Below are positions 49,701-59,222 of a stretch of 64,000 nt of DNA, piece after piece. Under the pieces are notes generated by a model. That model did no database searches, had not been told where the DNA came from, and saw only the letters and a program-made list of their open reading frames with translations. The DNA comes from a virus. The DNA is taken from the IMG/VR virus record IMGVR_UViG_3300006141_000001; one strand, written 5' to 3'. Each line of letters starts with the position of its first letter. Position 1 is the first letter of the stretch. A program made the position numbers and the translations under genes.

Positions 49701-50807
49701 TATTTTTTTATCCCTTGGGACAATTACAGAATGGCTTAAGTCATATGTTTCGACCATATTATGTATTGCTATAGTATTTTTAAATCCTTGGATAACATCC
49801 TCTTTGGAGAGATGGGAATTTAACAGTCTATATAATTCTGAGATTTCCATCATATAAGTAGTTGCATAAAAATCTCCCAATTCCCTATTGCTCGCATTAT
49901 CTTCATCAGCACGTAAATAGGCTTCATGCACTGTCCTGTGTTCTTTTTTCAAATAATGACTATCTGTCGCAAAAGTATATTTTAAGCCATATGCTTTCGC
50001 AAGCATTATTGCATTTTGGTTGAATGTGATTTGCGGGTGTTGTGACAATATATCCTTGCACGGTTTTTCAAAAGTCGGCTGTAACTCAAGGAAAAAATTG
50101 TCTTTGCCAAATACTTTGATTCCCCATTGTATAAAATTGTGTATTTTTCTTTTCGCTGACTTGTCGCCATCCCTAAAATAAGAAAGGACATAGGAAGGAA
50201 GCTCACCGCCAAGGCAGGCGGTTGTTGCAATAATATTCCCTTTTTCCTTCCCAATGATTTCTTCCAGTTCTTTCTTAATTGTTGGCACGCGTTCCATTTT
50301 TCCCTGCTTGAACCAATTTTTCCATGCACTTTCAGATGAAATCCTTTTTATCTGCTCATACCCTTTAAGATTTTTTGCAATTAAGATAAAATGCCAATAT
50401 TTTGTAACCCCTGGCTCATAATTTTCTTTTACATCTGACAGGCTGTCTATAAGATAAATTTCATTCCCCAGTCCCAGTTTAAAATCATCATCCATCTTTT
50501 CTAATAAATGAAGTTCTTTTTGCACTTCCTTATCATTTTTTAAGCCTTCTTTATCATTTGTTGATAAATATTTTTTATATTTTCCTTGTAGTTTTTTTAG
50601 GTTCTGGAAACGCTGCATTATCCTAATATGAGATGAGACTGTCTCATGGTTTGTTATGCTGACACCTTTGTACCCTAATTCAACAGCCCTATTGATTATA
50701 TCTTCTGCCCTGATAATACAGTCCTTTAGCCTAAAATTCGAATCTTCATCATGATTGTGATTGGACATAAATTCAATTTTTTCATCAATATTGGACATAT
50801 TTTTCAT
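46704..50807 (-). CDS. dnaE: DNA polymerase III alpha subunit
   Basis: PHP domain (HNH...ITNHE...TDSHY), RGS, PDIDVD, KFDCL, GYSFSQNH, C-terminal OB fold. Confidence 0.95.
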   Translation of the reverse strand: MKNMSNIDEKIEFMSNHNHDEDSNFRLKDCIIRAEDIINRAVELGYKGVSITNHETVSSHIRIMQRFQNLKKLQGKYKKYLSTNDKEGLKNDKEVQKELHLLEKMDDDFKLGLGNEIYLIDSLSDVKENYEPGVTKYWHFILIAKNLKGYEQIKRISSESAWKNWFKQGKMERVPTIKKELEEIIGKEKGNIIATTACLGGELPSYVLSYFRDGDKSAKRKIHNFIQWGIKVFGKDNFFLELQPTFEKPCKDILSQHPQITFNQNAIMLAKAYGLKYTFATDSHYLKKEHRTVHEAYLRADEDNASNRELGDFYATTYMMEISELYRLLNSHLSKEDVIQGFKNTIAIHNMVETYDLSHSVIVPRDKKIPKFNLGHIFKEWYGSYSYIKKFAESEDEQERYLLYMIEQAVKERKIRLVKSVVERLNTELGEVWEISEKIHMRLATYYVLVRNIIIEIMWKVSYVGIARGSVTGFLMAYAIGITQMNPMKYNLPHWRHLNAERPELPDIDVDSESAKRQEIFSLMKEYFGHDNVLNTLTLKTEGTKNCTLTACRGWGLDNDTAQTIADMIPFERGSNWSLKDCFEGNKEKNRPPITEFINTVKKYDGLKEIMLLSEGLVCGRSIHASAVYIFDNGYIEHNSRMKAPNGTDITAYNMHDSDWCGALKFDCLTILGLDKQHKCIDLLIKKGILQDQGSIKATYDKYIHPDVLDYDTKEMWDLVGNNEIIDAFQFDTPTGAQAAKKVKPHTLPELATANSLMRLMPEQGDESPIDTYIKYKNDISLWYKEMRDYGLSESEIKTLEPYLLPVYGVAETQEVVMRLSMDNHIAGFNVAEANMIRKSIAKKKADVLEKAKNLFFEKGRKLETSEKLLNYVWYVQFKKSFGYSFSQNHTFPYSGICLQEMNLAYHYNRIFWNTACLTVNAGADENNENNKTTNYGKIAKAIGEIQAKGQKIELPDINKAKFGFEPDIETNEIIFGLKGISDIGDKEAEMIIENQPYVSLDDFLSKIEESKKNDKENKFGESAVITLIKAGSFDQLEGKNRIEIMKDYIRKISKPLTSLRMDDIETLNVMGLLSENQKQYEYRLYSFRKYIYNNQFLAEKRGKSPNTFYYRLERQYSEPFFYKYFETNMEEGKDYDYADDGYIIVKRGSLDREYNKLMASFKEGVLQNKKYLDAVNEKRFTEKWEEKAGETISKWEMDSLNFYYHEHELLHIDKEKYLISEFSELPELPEVSEYYMYRGKERPRFKLTRICGTVLDKDKNKHTVTLLTPSGVVGIKFYKGQFGFYDKQISEKNEETGSKVIKEKSWFRRGNKLLITGYRRGDQFVPKKYVDSAYRHTLQLITDIDEDGNLKLQSERVGEDDKQQYY

Positions 50808-50813
50808 CTCACC

Positions 50814-52640
50814 TTAAAATAGAAAATCATCATCTATATCAACCTTGTTTTTGCTTGTTGGGATATACTCCTCAGTATAATAAAATTTAATTTTTACTTG
50901 TGGATAACGTTGCCCTTCATACTCATTTAATACAAAATTTCCTATTATTGCCATATGAAGAATCTTTTTATTTTCCCCTAAAATATTTCTGTCTCTTAAT
51001 GTCATTGTTTCCCATTCGCCTTTACAGCAATATTTTTTTACGTAATCAACGCCATTGTAATTAAATTTTATAAACCCATTATTTTTCCCATATCCAACAA
51101 TATCTTTTGCTGGTATTTGGATATTTGTAATAGCAAATGTAGGTTCTGGAATCCCTTTCCCCCAAATATCATAAGATTCCGCAACTTTCATTACAGATTT
51201 AGGAGTTAAATTATCTGCATTTACTTCATAATCCACTTCGTGGATAGTGACAAGGCTGTCCAGTTTTAATTTTTGGTTACATAATCTTATTGCTTCTCCC
51301 AAATCTTTTTTCTGCAATTTCACACCGAATGCATTCTCATGTCCTGTGCATTCGAATACCTTTGTTTCATTCAAAAAATCACGTAGATTATCAACCGTCC
51401 CCTTGTCATATCCTCTTCCTGATCCACCATATAACTCTTCTGTCCTACTTCTCAATATAACAATTGGTCTATGATATTTCTCTGCCAATTTGTTTGCGAC
51501 CAATCCTGTTACAGTTTTTTTATCAACAATCTCTGTAGCATCAATTATTATTACACTGTTACAGTCTAAATGCTGTTGTTGGATAGCGTTATCAAGGGTT
51601 TTCATATACTCTCTAACTGCCTTGTCTTGCCTTTCTTTTACATTGCCACAGACCCTTGCCATTGTTTTCTGTAAAGAATGGATTTCGATTGGCGGCTTAG
51701 GGGAATTTTTATCTGCACCTTTTGGGCGGCGCGGCTGGTATTCCCTGTCCTCTTTTTCTCCGCACAAAGCCTTAAATAGATCGTTCTGTTCATCTGGTTT
51801 TCCATAACGGATTAACCCATTCATTTTAGGGGCAATCACCCAGCCAATTGATTCAAGCGTAAATCCCAGCTTCATATCTTCTGCATATTTTAACGCCAGC
51901 TCCTTAATTAGAAGATTGTGTATATTTTCTTTTTTTATTCCTTCAAGCGCATAATACCTCGTTTCCAAATTACGCATATCCATTGAATCTGCTATCATTC
52001 CTAATGACACTAAATCCAAATAATAATTGCATACTTCTTCCTTAATATTATATTTTTCTGCATAGGCTAGGCAAAATTTATGCACTACTCCAACTCCAGA
52101 TAAAGTATGATTGGGGTATTGCCCATCCATGCAATTAATTAAGACTGCATATTCCGTAATTTTGGAATTAATTTCATGATGGTCAATGATTAAAATCGGG
52201 ATGCCATATTTTTCTGTTATCTCTTTGCATTCATTTACACTGCTTGAACCTGCATCAGGAATTATAATCAAGTCAACCTTATCTGCAATATCTTCAATAT
52301 CTTTAATAAAAATCCCGTGTTCCTTTTGGTAATTTGTTTCGCAGATAATCCGAGTATCTGAAGAAATGTCGCTAATAAACCCCTTTAGGTATGCAGAAGA
52401 AGTATATCCGTCTACATCAGGATCCCTTTTGATAAATACTGTCCCTCCTAACTTCTCATGTAATAAATCAATCCCTTTTTCCATATTTTTTAACAAAAAT
52501 GGTGAATGTGTATGTGTTTTATTTACATGTAAGAACTCGTAAATATCTTCTACTCCAGCTTGCATAAGTATTTTTTCTAAATAATCGTCTTCTTTGTCAA
52601 AGTCACAATTATGAATTGTTTTCCATAATAGTTTATCCAA
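50814..52640 (-). CDS. recJ: RecJ-like DHH single-stranded DNA exonuclease
   Basis: DPDVDG, IIPD, IDHH, IADSM, GSGRG, GHENAFG. Confidence 0.92.
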   Translation of the reverse strand: MDKLLWKTIHNCDFDKEDDYLEKILMQAGVEDIYEFLHVNKTHTHSPFLLKNMEKGIDLLHEKLGGTVFIKRDPDVDGYTSSAYLKGFISDISSDTRIICETNYQKEHGIFIKDIEDIADKVDLIIIPDAGSSSVNECKEITEKYGIPILIIDHHEINSKITEYAVLINCMDGQYPNHTLSGVGVVHKFCLAYAEKYNIKEEVCNYYLDLVSLGMIADSMDMRNLETRYYALEGIKKENIHNLLIKELALKYAEDMKLGFTLESIGWVIAPKMNGLIRYGKPDEQNDLFKALCGEKEDREYQPRRPKGADKNSPKPPIEIHSLQKTMARVCGNVKERQDKAVREYMKTLDNAIQQQHLDCNSVIIIDATEIVDKKTVTGLVANKLAEKYHRPIVILRSRTEELYGGSGRGYDKGTVDNLRDFLNETKVFECTGHENAFGVKLQKKDLGEAIRLCNQKLKLDSLVTIHEVDYEVNADNLTPKSVMKVAESYDIWGKGIPEPTFAITNIQIPAKDIVGYGKNNGFIKFNYNGVDYVKKYCCKGEWETMTLRDRNILGENKKILHMAIIGNFVLNEYEGQRYPQVKIKFYYTEEYIPTSKNKVDIDDDFLF

Positions 52641-52643
52641 TAA

Positions 52644-53762
52644 TTATTCTTCACCTTCCCTTTCCGTAGTAATTTCCACCTTATTCCGCATTAAAATTTC
52701 TAATGTTTCTTTTCCTTTGTCAAACGGAGAATCTTTTTTCCCCAGCAGCCCCATATCATCCCATAATATATACGTCCTACAATAAGCCGTAAATTTATGT
52801 GCCAACGAGTAAATACGCTTTATATACCTTAAAAATATCTGGTATTCGGGACTGTTTTCGTCATATCCATCAAAACCCAGCAAGTCATAATCTCGGTCAA
52901 ACCCAAGGATGACCTCTTCAACACCTAGGCTTAATAAAATATCCCTCTGCCAATTTGAAATATTGAAGCCACAGGTAGCTACAACAAACGCATCCTCGCC
53001 ATAATAATCATGGGCAAGCATTACGCTTTTCTCTGATTCTACAATCAGTACTTTTTTTATCTTTAATATACCTTTTATGTGTTTATCTAACCCATATAAA
53101 TTCAAGCCCAATGGGTGGCTGTACTCTATCCCCTCAATCATCTCCGGCATATATTTATTGTTGCTGTCTTTTTCCTGTAAACTCCGCCTCCGTATCCCTA
53201 CTAGCTTCCCATTCAAATTGCAATGCGGAATAATAATATGTTTTTCTTTTTCATACCAGCAGATGCCAAATTCTTGCATGGTTTCTATGCTGATGCCTTC
53301 ATCTAGCCATCCAACATAAAAAACATTGTCTTCAAAATAATTAAGTATCCTGCCATCAATGTATGGCAAATGCCTAATTTCTGTTTTTTTAGGCTTACGA
53401 AGTTTTATGTACCTATCAATTTTTAAAAGTTCTTGCCTAATCATAGGTATGGTAGTGTTAAAACCATACCTATTGCTTATCCCTATTTCATTTGCGATAT
53501 ATTTTATAGATTCAGAAAAGGTGCAGTCCCTAATTTTCATGACCAAACCGAACAAAGACATCCGCCCACAGTTTGTGTAACAATAAAACACCTTTGTATT
53601 ACGGAAATAACATAACTTATGACTGTCCCCATTATGGCAGATTGTTCTGAACCATATTTCATTTTCTTTTATTGCCCCATAAGGAACTGCACCAAATTTA
53701 CTCAGGATTCGTAAAATCTGTTCTTCTGTAATGTGCTCTAGCAAATAATCTTTATCTATCAA
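52644..53762 (-). CDS. DNA primase (Zn-binding + TOPRIM)
   Basis: TICH...CYTNC, IIIP...GIRRR, KY, IVESEKS, LGFDRD. Confidence 0.85.
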   Translation of the reverse strand: MIDKDYLLEHITEEQILRILSKFGAVPYGAIKENEIWFRTICHNGDSHKLCYFRNTKVFYCYTNCGRMSLFGLVMKIRDCTFSESIKYIANEIGISNRYGFNTTIPMIRQELLKIDRYIKLRKPKKTEIRHLPYIDGRILNYFEDNVFYVGWLDEGISIETMQEFGICWYEKEKHIIIPHCNLNGKLVGIRRRSLQEKDSNNKYMPEMIEGIEYSHPLGLNLYGLDKHIKGILKIKKVLIVESEKSVMLAHDYYGEDAFVVATCGFNISNWQRDILLSLGVEEVILGFDRDYDLLGFDGYDENSPEYQIFLRYIKRIYSLAHKFTAYCRTYILWDDMGLLGKKDSPFDKGKETLEILMRNKVEITTEREGEE

Positions 53763-53784
53763 AATTCCACCTCATAAATTACTT

Positions 53785-55407
53785 TCAAAACTCCATTGCT
53801 TCTGTTTTTGCAGTAATTTTAAGATTGTTTACAGGATTCTTTACCGCTTTCGCACTTGCATAATCTTCGTCTAATACATTGATATAGGTTTTACCTATAT
53901 CTTTAATAAGTTTGTATTCGTAATCGGTGACAAACAGGTCATGTACTCTCATTGTTGAATAGTCTATATAGAGCCAAATTTTTATCTTATTCCATTTTCC
54001 CCCACGGTTTTTATATAATGAATACACAAGGTTTGGTGCTGGTTTATTTATTATCTCCCTTGTAATAGACTCAATTTTTTTCAGTTCTTTTTCCGTGGGC
54101 GGCATTGCAATCATCGCGCCATCTGCCTTGTCAATAATGGATTTTGCCCCTCTTACGATTGTTTGGTCACGGTTCATCTCATTTTTAAAATCTCCCGTCA
54201 CTTGTGTAAAAGAGTCAATAGAAATATCAAATTTACGTGTGAAATTTTTTAATTTTTTAGAAAGGTTTGCAAGTACCTGGTCTTCCCTGATAACCATCTT
54301 CGCTTTTGACTCAGATACATATTCACTGTTTAATTCTACAGTGGCACTTATGTAATCAAACCAGACATATTCTATATTATGGTTTAATTTATGCTGCTCA
54401 ATTACTTCCTCCAAGGTATTAGCGTCATATTCTGGCACATATTCAAACCAGATGTTCGCCTCATGCTCCAAAATGTCAATGGCTTTATCTACCCTTTCTT
54501 CTTCTCCTGCCTCGTACATATTGAATTCAATATGGTCTTGCGGGACATCTGCCACATACGCCCAAAGAATAGGGTCAATTTCTTCTAATAATTCCATTTC
54601 TGTCCCAATATATAAGGCTCCATTATGCATACCATTTGGGTTTTCACACCATTTGCCTAAAACTTTGTCATAATAATACGGCGAACAGGAATATCCGATA
54701 TCTGCAATAGAAGTCCTTGTTTTCCCAACCCCTGTCCCAGCAGACTTAACATTAAAACGTCTTTTTCTTATCCCGTGTAGGGCAGTGGTAACATATGCGC
54801 TTGAATAGCCAATCCCCCAGGCAGTGTCCTGTTTCCATTTCTCTTTTTGTTCATGTCCACCTACGCCAGCTTTTTTAGAATCTCTGCCCTCCACAGCAAT
54901 AAAAGGGACTGTAATTTTCAGATGCTTCTTTTTGTAGTGGTTGATAATATCTTGCAAGGAATATTCATCTAATAACTTTCTCTTCGCTTCTATTGCTACT
55001 GGCTCTACCTCGTCTGGATCAAAAAATTCATAGACATCAATTCCATTCTCTGCGTAACTTCTTAGCAGTGAAAATTTTTTTAATTGGTCGTAATAGTATT
55101 TAAAATTACTTTCCAAGGCCATTTCCTGTACTTTCTCTATGAAACTGATGCCCTCATTTTTTTCAAATATACTGTACTGCGTCTTATAGTGGGAGAGATA
55201 TTCATCTATTGCCACTGCATCTATAATTTCCGCACCGTTCTTATAAAGATTATTGATCGCCGCAAAAATTAGTTTATGAAAGGTTTCTGGAAAATCGCCC
55301 TGCACAATTTTATATTCCCTGATTAAAGAAGGGTTCTGCAATAAGCTCCCTAAAATTTCCCTAATTGCCTGTTTGTTCACGTAACTTGCCAGTTTACTTT
55401 TTTTCAA
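53785..55407 (-). CDS. dnaB: Replicative DnaB-like helicase
   Basis: AGTGVGKT, IGTEM, FDYI, TQV, IIDKAD, KNRGG. Confidence 0.9.
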   Translation of the reverse strand: MKKSKLASYVNKQAIREILGSLLQNPSLIREYKIVQGDFPETFHKLIFAAINNLYKNGAEIIDAVAIDEYLSHYKTQYSIFEKNEGISFIEKVQEMALESNFKYYYDQLKKFSLLRSYAENGIDVYEFFDPDEVEPVAIEAKRKLLDEYSLQDIINHYKKKHLKITVPFIAVEGRDSKKAGVGGHEQKEKWKQDTAWGIGYSSAYVTTALHGIRKRRFNVKSAGTGVGKTRTSIADIGYSCSPYYYDKVLGKWCENPNGMHNGALYIGTEMELLEEIDPILWAYVADVPQDHIEFNMYEAGEEERVDKAIDILEHEANIWFEYVPEYDANTLEEVIEQHKLNHNIEYVWFDYISATVELNSEYVSESKAKMVIREDQVLANLSKKLKNFTRKFDISIDSFTQVTGDFKNEMNRDQTIVRGAKSIIDKADGAMIAMPPTEKELKKIESITREIINKPAPNLVYSLYKNRGGKWNKIKIWLYIDYSTMRVHDLFVTDYEYKLIKDIGKTYINVLDEDYASAKAVKNPVNNLKITAKTEAMEF

Positions 55408-55423
55408 ATAAATACTCTCCCTT

Positions 55424-55921
55424 TCATAGTTTTTCTATATCAATCAATGCCATGTTTTTATATTTATTTTCATCCGGCTTACTGGTCTTATGTTTATTTA
55501 TGATGTGCTTTTTGTTTTGCAATTCTTCCAAATCGCATCCCATTACACTCTCTTTAACCGCTTTTTTATCTATATAGAACTTTTTGGCCTCGTCATATAC
55601 AAAAGGAACAATACCAACCCCTATGCTGTCAGATATATCATTCCCTTCCTGTATTTCATAAAAATAATGCAAGGTTGTTCTTATTCCTTTGTATGTGTAA
55701 TTAAATTTTTCTTTAAAATCCTTAATTTGTTTAAGCATCCATCCAGTTGGCTTTTCTATTTGATAAAGTTCACATATATAAGCGATTAAATTTTTATAAT
55801 CCTGTGATTCACTCATTTTGTTCGCGTAACAGACCTGGCAATAATATCTGCAATTGTGATACACTGTATTTTCTTTGTCATTATACATCCCACATTCTGG
55901 ACATTTCACTTTTCTTGCCAT
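55424..55921 (-). CDS. Zinc-finger protein, possible helicase loader
   Basis: CPECG...YYCQVC; GIVPFVYDEA; position between ATPase and helicase. Confidence 0.7.
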   Translation of the reverse strand: MARKVKCPECGMYNDKENTVYHNCRYYCQVCYANKMSESQDYKNLIAYICELYQIEKPTGWMLKQIKDFKEKFNYTYKGIRTTLHYFYEIQEGNDISDSIGVGIVPFVYDEAKKFYIDKKAVKESVMGCDLEELQNKKHIINKHKTSKPDENKYKNMALIDIEKL

Positions 55922-55960
55922 TTCCACACACCTTTTTGTAAGCGGAGGGGTTGCCCCCAC

Positions 55961-56983
55961 TTACTGTTCGATTAAAATCCCTTCTTCTTTGACCAAATCG
56001 TTCAAATCGTCCAAAATAAGCATAAGAAGATCAATCTGTGTAGTATCGCATTCTCTCACTAATTTCCCTTTGCCCAGATGCTTATTTGTGACTGTCTGAT
56101 ACTTGTCTGTCATCCCCTGTTCGTTTAATGCTTTTGCAATTTTACGAATTTCTGACACTGTTTCCTTAAAATCCGAAACTTCCGACTGGTCTTTATAAAC
56201 TTCAATTGGTTTATCAGTTACAACTGCCCCATCTTCTGCTTCCAATTTATCAATAGCTTGTTCCATATCAGCCCTTAGTGCCTCATATGTAAATGGAATT
56301 TTCTTAGACATGTATTTGTTCCTTGTCCCTGCTTCAAGATATTGGTTGCCCCTCAATGTGAGAACCATTTTATTTGTGCCATCTTCCTGTAGTTCATTAG
56401 TCGCAAATCCCACAACATCAACCAAACCAGCCAAAACCTCAAAACCACGCTTATCAATCAATGGCTGAGTTCTTTCATACTTCTCACCATTTTCTTTAAT
56501 TTGCTTCGTTTCAGAGTGTGCGATCACAACAAGGGTATAGCCTGCTTTTACAATTTCTTGAAAAAACATATTAAACTCTTTCTTTACTGCCTTATATCCC
56601 CGTTTTGATTCTGTTTCGTCAAGATATTCCACACCTTCCTTTGCAAGAATATGGTCTTCACACATTAAATAAGCCAAATCTGCCGTATCCACGACAACCG
56701 TTTTAAAAGTTGTTTCTTCTTTCTGCTTTTTTTCCACTCTGTCAACATCTGCCAGTAGCTGCTTCTTTACTTTTAATGCTTCTGACCATTTGTTGATAGG
56801 CTGTCCATATACACCTGAAAGCATATTCCAACCTTTTTCAAATCCCATTACTAACGGTTTAGGGAATTTAACTGCATTCGATGTTTTGCCGCTCTTCCTT
56901 GTCCCATAAATCAAAAAACTTTTCCCTGATAAGTCCCTACTAATTGTGCTTGGTTGTAAACTAAAAATATCAATTTCTGCCAT
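55961..56983 (-). CDS. Sak4-like AAA_24 ATPase (ssDNA annealing)
   Basis: IYGTRKSGKT, FEKG, VVDT, IAH, VDVVGF. Confidence 0.85.
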   Translation of the reverse strand: MAEIDIFSLQPSTISRDLSGKSFLIYGTRKSGKTSNAVKFPKPLVMGFEKGWNMLSGVYGQPINKWSEALKVKKQLLADVDRVEKKQKEETTFKTVVVDTADLAYLMCEDHILAKEGVEYLDETESKRGYKAVKKEFNMFFQEIVKAGYTLVVIAHSETKQIKENGEKYERTQPLIDKRGFEVLAGLVDVVGFATNELQEDGTNKMVLTLRGNQYLEAGTRNKYMSKKIPFTYEALRADMEQAIDKLEAEDGAVVTDKPIEVYKDQSEVSDFKETVSEIRKIAKALNEQGMTDKYQTVTNKHLGKGKLVRECDTTQIDLLMLILDDLNDLVKEEGILIEQ

Positions 56984-57041
56984 TTATTATAATTCTCCTT
57001 TTTATATATTTTTTTATTTTAGAGTATTGGGGATGAGATCC

Positions 57042-57971
57042 CTAAAATGGAATCTCATCATCTGCTACTGACTCTGGCTTGGAAACAGTAAAGTTACTCC
57101 CAGCAGGCTTTCCTTCATTTTTTCCGCCCTGATAGCCTGCTTCCTTCAGCTTGTCTAATTCTGCTTTTCTTTCAGCTAATCCAATCCGTACCGCATCTTT
57201 AGAAAATGCACCTTCTTCATCTTCATCAACGGCAGGATCTGCACCTGTCAAAATCATTTCTACATAAGACTTCCCGTCTGTCGTCCTTTGAACACCAATG
57301 CCACCAGACTTCTTGGGTTTTTCTTCTCCCTTATGTAATGTAAAGTCAACAAATACTTTTGCTGTCTGCCCAACTTCATACCCATCTTCAAATGCTTCTT
57401 TTAATTCTTCTGGAACGATGATATTTTTAATAGGAATGATATTCCCAAAGAAATCATTGGTTAAAATAGTTACCCTTAGCCTTCCTGTTTCAATTTGGTC
57501 TTCGCCTTTAGTTTCTGCCACAATAGATTGGATATATCCCTCAATATCAGCAATTGCCTTATAGTCCCCATCCACGTCATTGATAAAAGCAATCGTACAT
57601 CTTAATGCTTCAATAAGTTTATTTTCCTTGTTCACATAGTCGTTTGTAGAAAACGAACATGTCAGTGACACTTCTGTCGCCTCTTCCCAATTGGTTTTTG
57701 CAACTGACTTGACACTCTTAGCCCATTCAAGTGTTGGAAAATATGCTTTATTTTCATTCTTCTTCCCATCTTTTACACGGTACTCCTGGACATAACGTTC
57801 GAACGAACGTGTCATGGCTTTGTGGTCGCCAAACTGAATTGTGCCTTTAATGCTTACGTAAGGTGCGCCTTTACTATCACCATTTGCAACAGTGCCTGTT
57901 TTCATTTCAAACTCAGTCACTTTTCCTGTTAATATCACTTGGTTTGCCATTTGTCTTACTTTGTCACTCAT
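57042..57971 (-). CDS. ssb: Single-stranded DNA-binding protein (tandem OB folds)
   Basis: NQVILTGKV start, acidic DDEIPF C-terminus, first gene of the replisome block. Confidence 0.7.
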   Translation of the reverse strand: MSDKVRQMANQVILTGKVTEFEMKTGTVANGDSKGAPYVSIKGTIQFGDHKAMTRSFERYVQEYRVKDGKKNENKAYFPTLEWAKSVKSVAKTNWEEATEVSLTCSFSTNDYVNKENKLIEALRCTIAFINDVDGDYKAIADIEGYIQSIVAETKGEDQIETGRLRVTILTNDFFGNIIPIKNIIVPEELKEAFEDGYEVGQTAKVFVDFTLHKGEEKPKKSGGIGVQRTTDGKSYVEMILTGADPAVDEDEEGAFSKDAVRIGLAERKAELDKLKEAGYQGGKNEGKPAGSNFTVSKPESVADDEIPF

Positions 57972-58025
57972 TAAACGAAAATCCTCCTATAAAATTTTTT
58001 GTTTTCATGTTTTATATGACTTCAA

Positions 58026-58127
58026 CAGCTTACTCAAGCTGGAACATAGAATTAAATTTATGTAAAAAATCTATGTTAAACAGTGATTTTTGGCATAATT
58101 TAACCAAGGGTATGCTGTTCACCACCC
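58026..58127 (-). promoter_or_regulatory. Structured 5' leader of ssb
   Basis: Helices GGTGA/TCACT + GCATA/TATGC, AACATAGA/TCTATGTT and CAGCTT/AAGCTG, followed by an A-rich stretch and the RBS. Confidence 0.45.
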
Positions 58128-58216
58128 ATAATACGTATAGCTGTACAGTTGTCATCATTGGAATTTGTCATAGAAGTAACGATATTCAGTATTTACTTAT
58201 TCGACTTTTTATGATA

Positions 58217-58492
58217 AACTATTCTTACACTTAATTCAAAAGGAGGTGTTGAAACTTGCACTTAAAAAAGTTTTTGACATCACCCGCACTTAAATTTCGT
58301 AACTGCCCTGTGGCGGGTTGGTTGTTTTCTTAATTGCGACCTTAAACCAAATCATAGGGCATAGTGTAAGAATAGTTATCTACTACTATCGCCTAGTGCC
58401 ATAGGCAAAAATATTAGCGTTGCATCTCCTGATGCCGGAATTTGAGTATAATTAAGGCGAATTGCATTCAGGTGGCACCCTGGATGTATTTT
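58217..58492 (+). ncRNA. Candidate structured RNA / type I toxin-like mRNA with short ORF (58256-58333)
   Basis: 15-bp perfect long-range stem, SD in a hairpin loop, complementary loops GTGCCA/TGGCAC, terminator ending TTTT. Confidence 0.55.
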
Positions 58493-58516
58493 CGATATAC
58501 ACTTCTTATATGCAAA

Positions 58517-58741
58517 TTATCTTAACTGGCATTTGTATGCCAACTTCTTCTCTGTCCATCCCCTTTTATCTTTTATGTCACATGACAGGTGAAATTCATC
58601 ACACTTCAAATTGGAAATCTCTACATTCCCAGGAATTGAGTTGCCAAGCATATTAGTTTCTGGATAGAAGCCTCCAACTGCCGTTCCATCGTACTCTGTA
58701 TATGCTTTGATGTAATCTTCCCAATTGTCCACAGAAACCAT
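58517..58741 (-). CDS. Hypothetical protein
   Basis: 74-aa ORF. Confidence 0.5.
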   Translation of the reverse strand: MVSVDNWEDYIKAYTEYDGTAVGGFYPETNMLGNSIPGNVEISNLKCDEFHLSCDIKDKRGWTEKKLAYKCQLR

Positions 58742-58772
58742 TCGTGATTGATAATCGGAAATCTTCCCTTCT

Positions 58773-59012
58773 CTAATTAAAACTTGTCTCTATAACTTTT
58801 ACTTCCATTTTCCTCCTATCAGGATATAAACCTTTGTAATATGGTCTAACAACCCTTAAAATTTCATCATATAATTGATTAACACACATATGAAATTGAA
58901 ACCTTCTACAGTCTATATCATTCAATAATGCGCTAACAACCTCTAAAATCAGCCAGTTCCTCATTGCGCTCCTATCAAAGAATACATTCGCTTTTAAATA
59001 ATCATCGACCAA
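58773..59012 (-). CDS. Hypothetical protein
   Basis: 79-aa ORF, start uncertain. Confidence 0.5.
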   Translation of the reverse strand: MVDDYLKANVFFDRSAMRNWLILEVVSALLNDIDCRRFQFHMCVNQLYDEILRVVRPYYKGLYPDRRKMEVKVIETSFN

Positions 59013-59033
59013 ACATGGGAAATCTTTTTCTCT

Positions 59034-59222
59034 TTATGCAAGTTCGTATTTGTAACATTCCTTGTAAGGGACTCCATCTTCGTCCAAAGAAGAACCTGTT
59101 AAAAGTTTAAACATGTTGTCCCAATTATTATATAATATTCGAGACAATTTATCTTTATCGTCTTGGTTTAGTTTTTCCAATATCTCACCTCCTTCATCAT
59201 AGAATCCTAATAATTTGTTCAT
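59034..59222 (-). CDS. Hypothetical protein
   Basis: Probable start MNKLLG overlapping the end of the phosphoesterase gene. Confidence 0.5.
   Translation of the reverse strand: MNKLLGFYDEGGEILEKLNQDDKDKLSRILYNNWDNMFKLLTGSSLDEDGVPYKECYKYELA

Noticed and set aside
46704-55407. Introns or inteins in dnaE, dnaB or primase
   Set aside because: ORFs are continuous, with no intein-type C...HN boundaries or LAGLIDADG blocks seen
58280-58440. Pistol or hammerhead ribozyme in the structured element
   Set aside because: TTAAAT/GCCCT/GCG and CTGATG fragments occur, but their order and conserved cores do not fit either consensus
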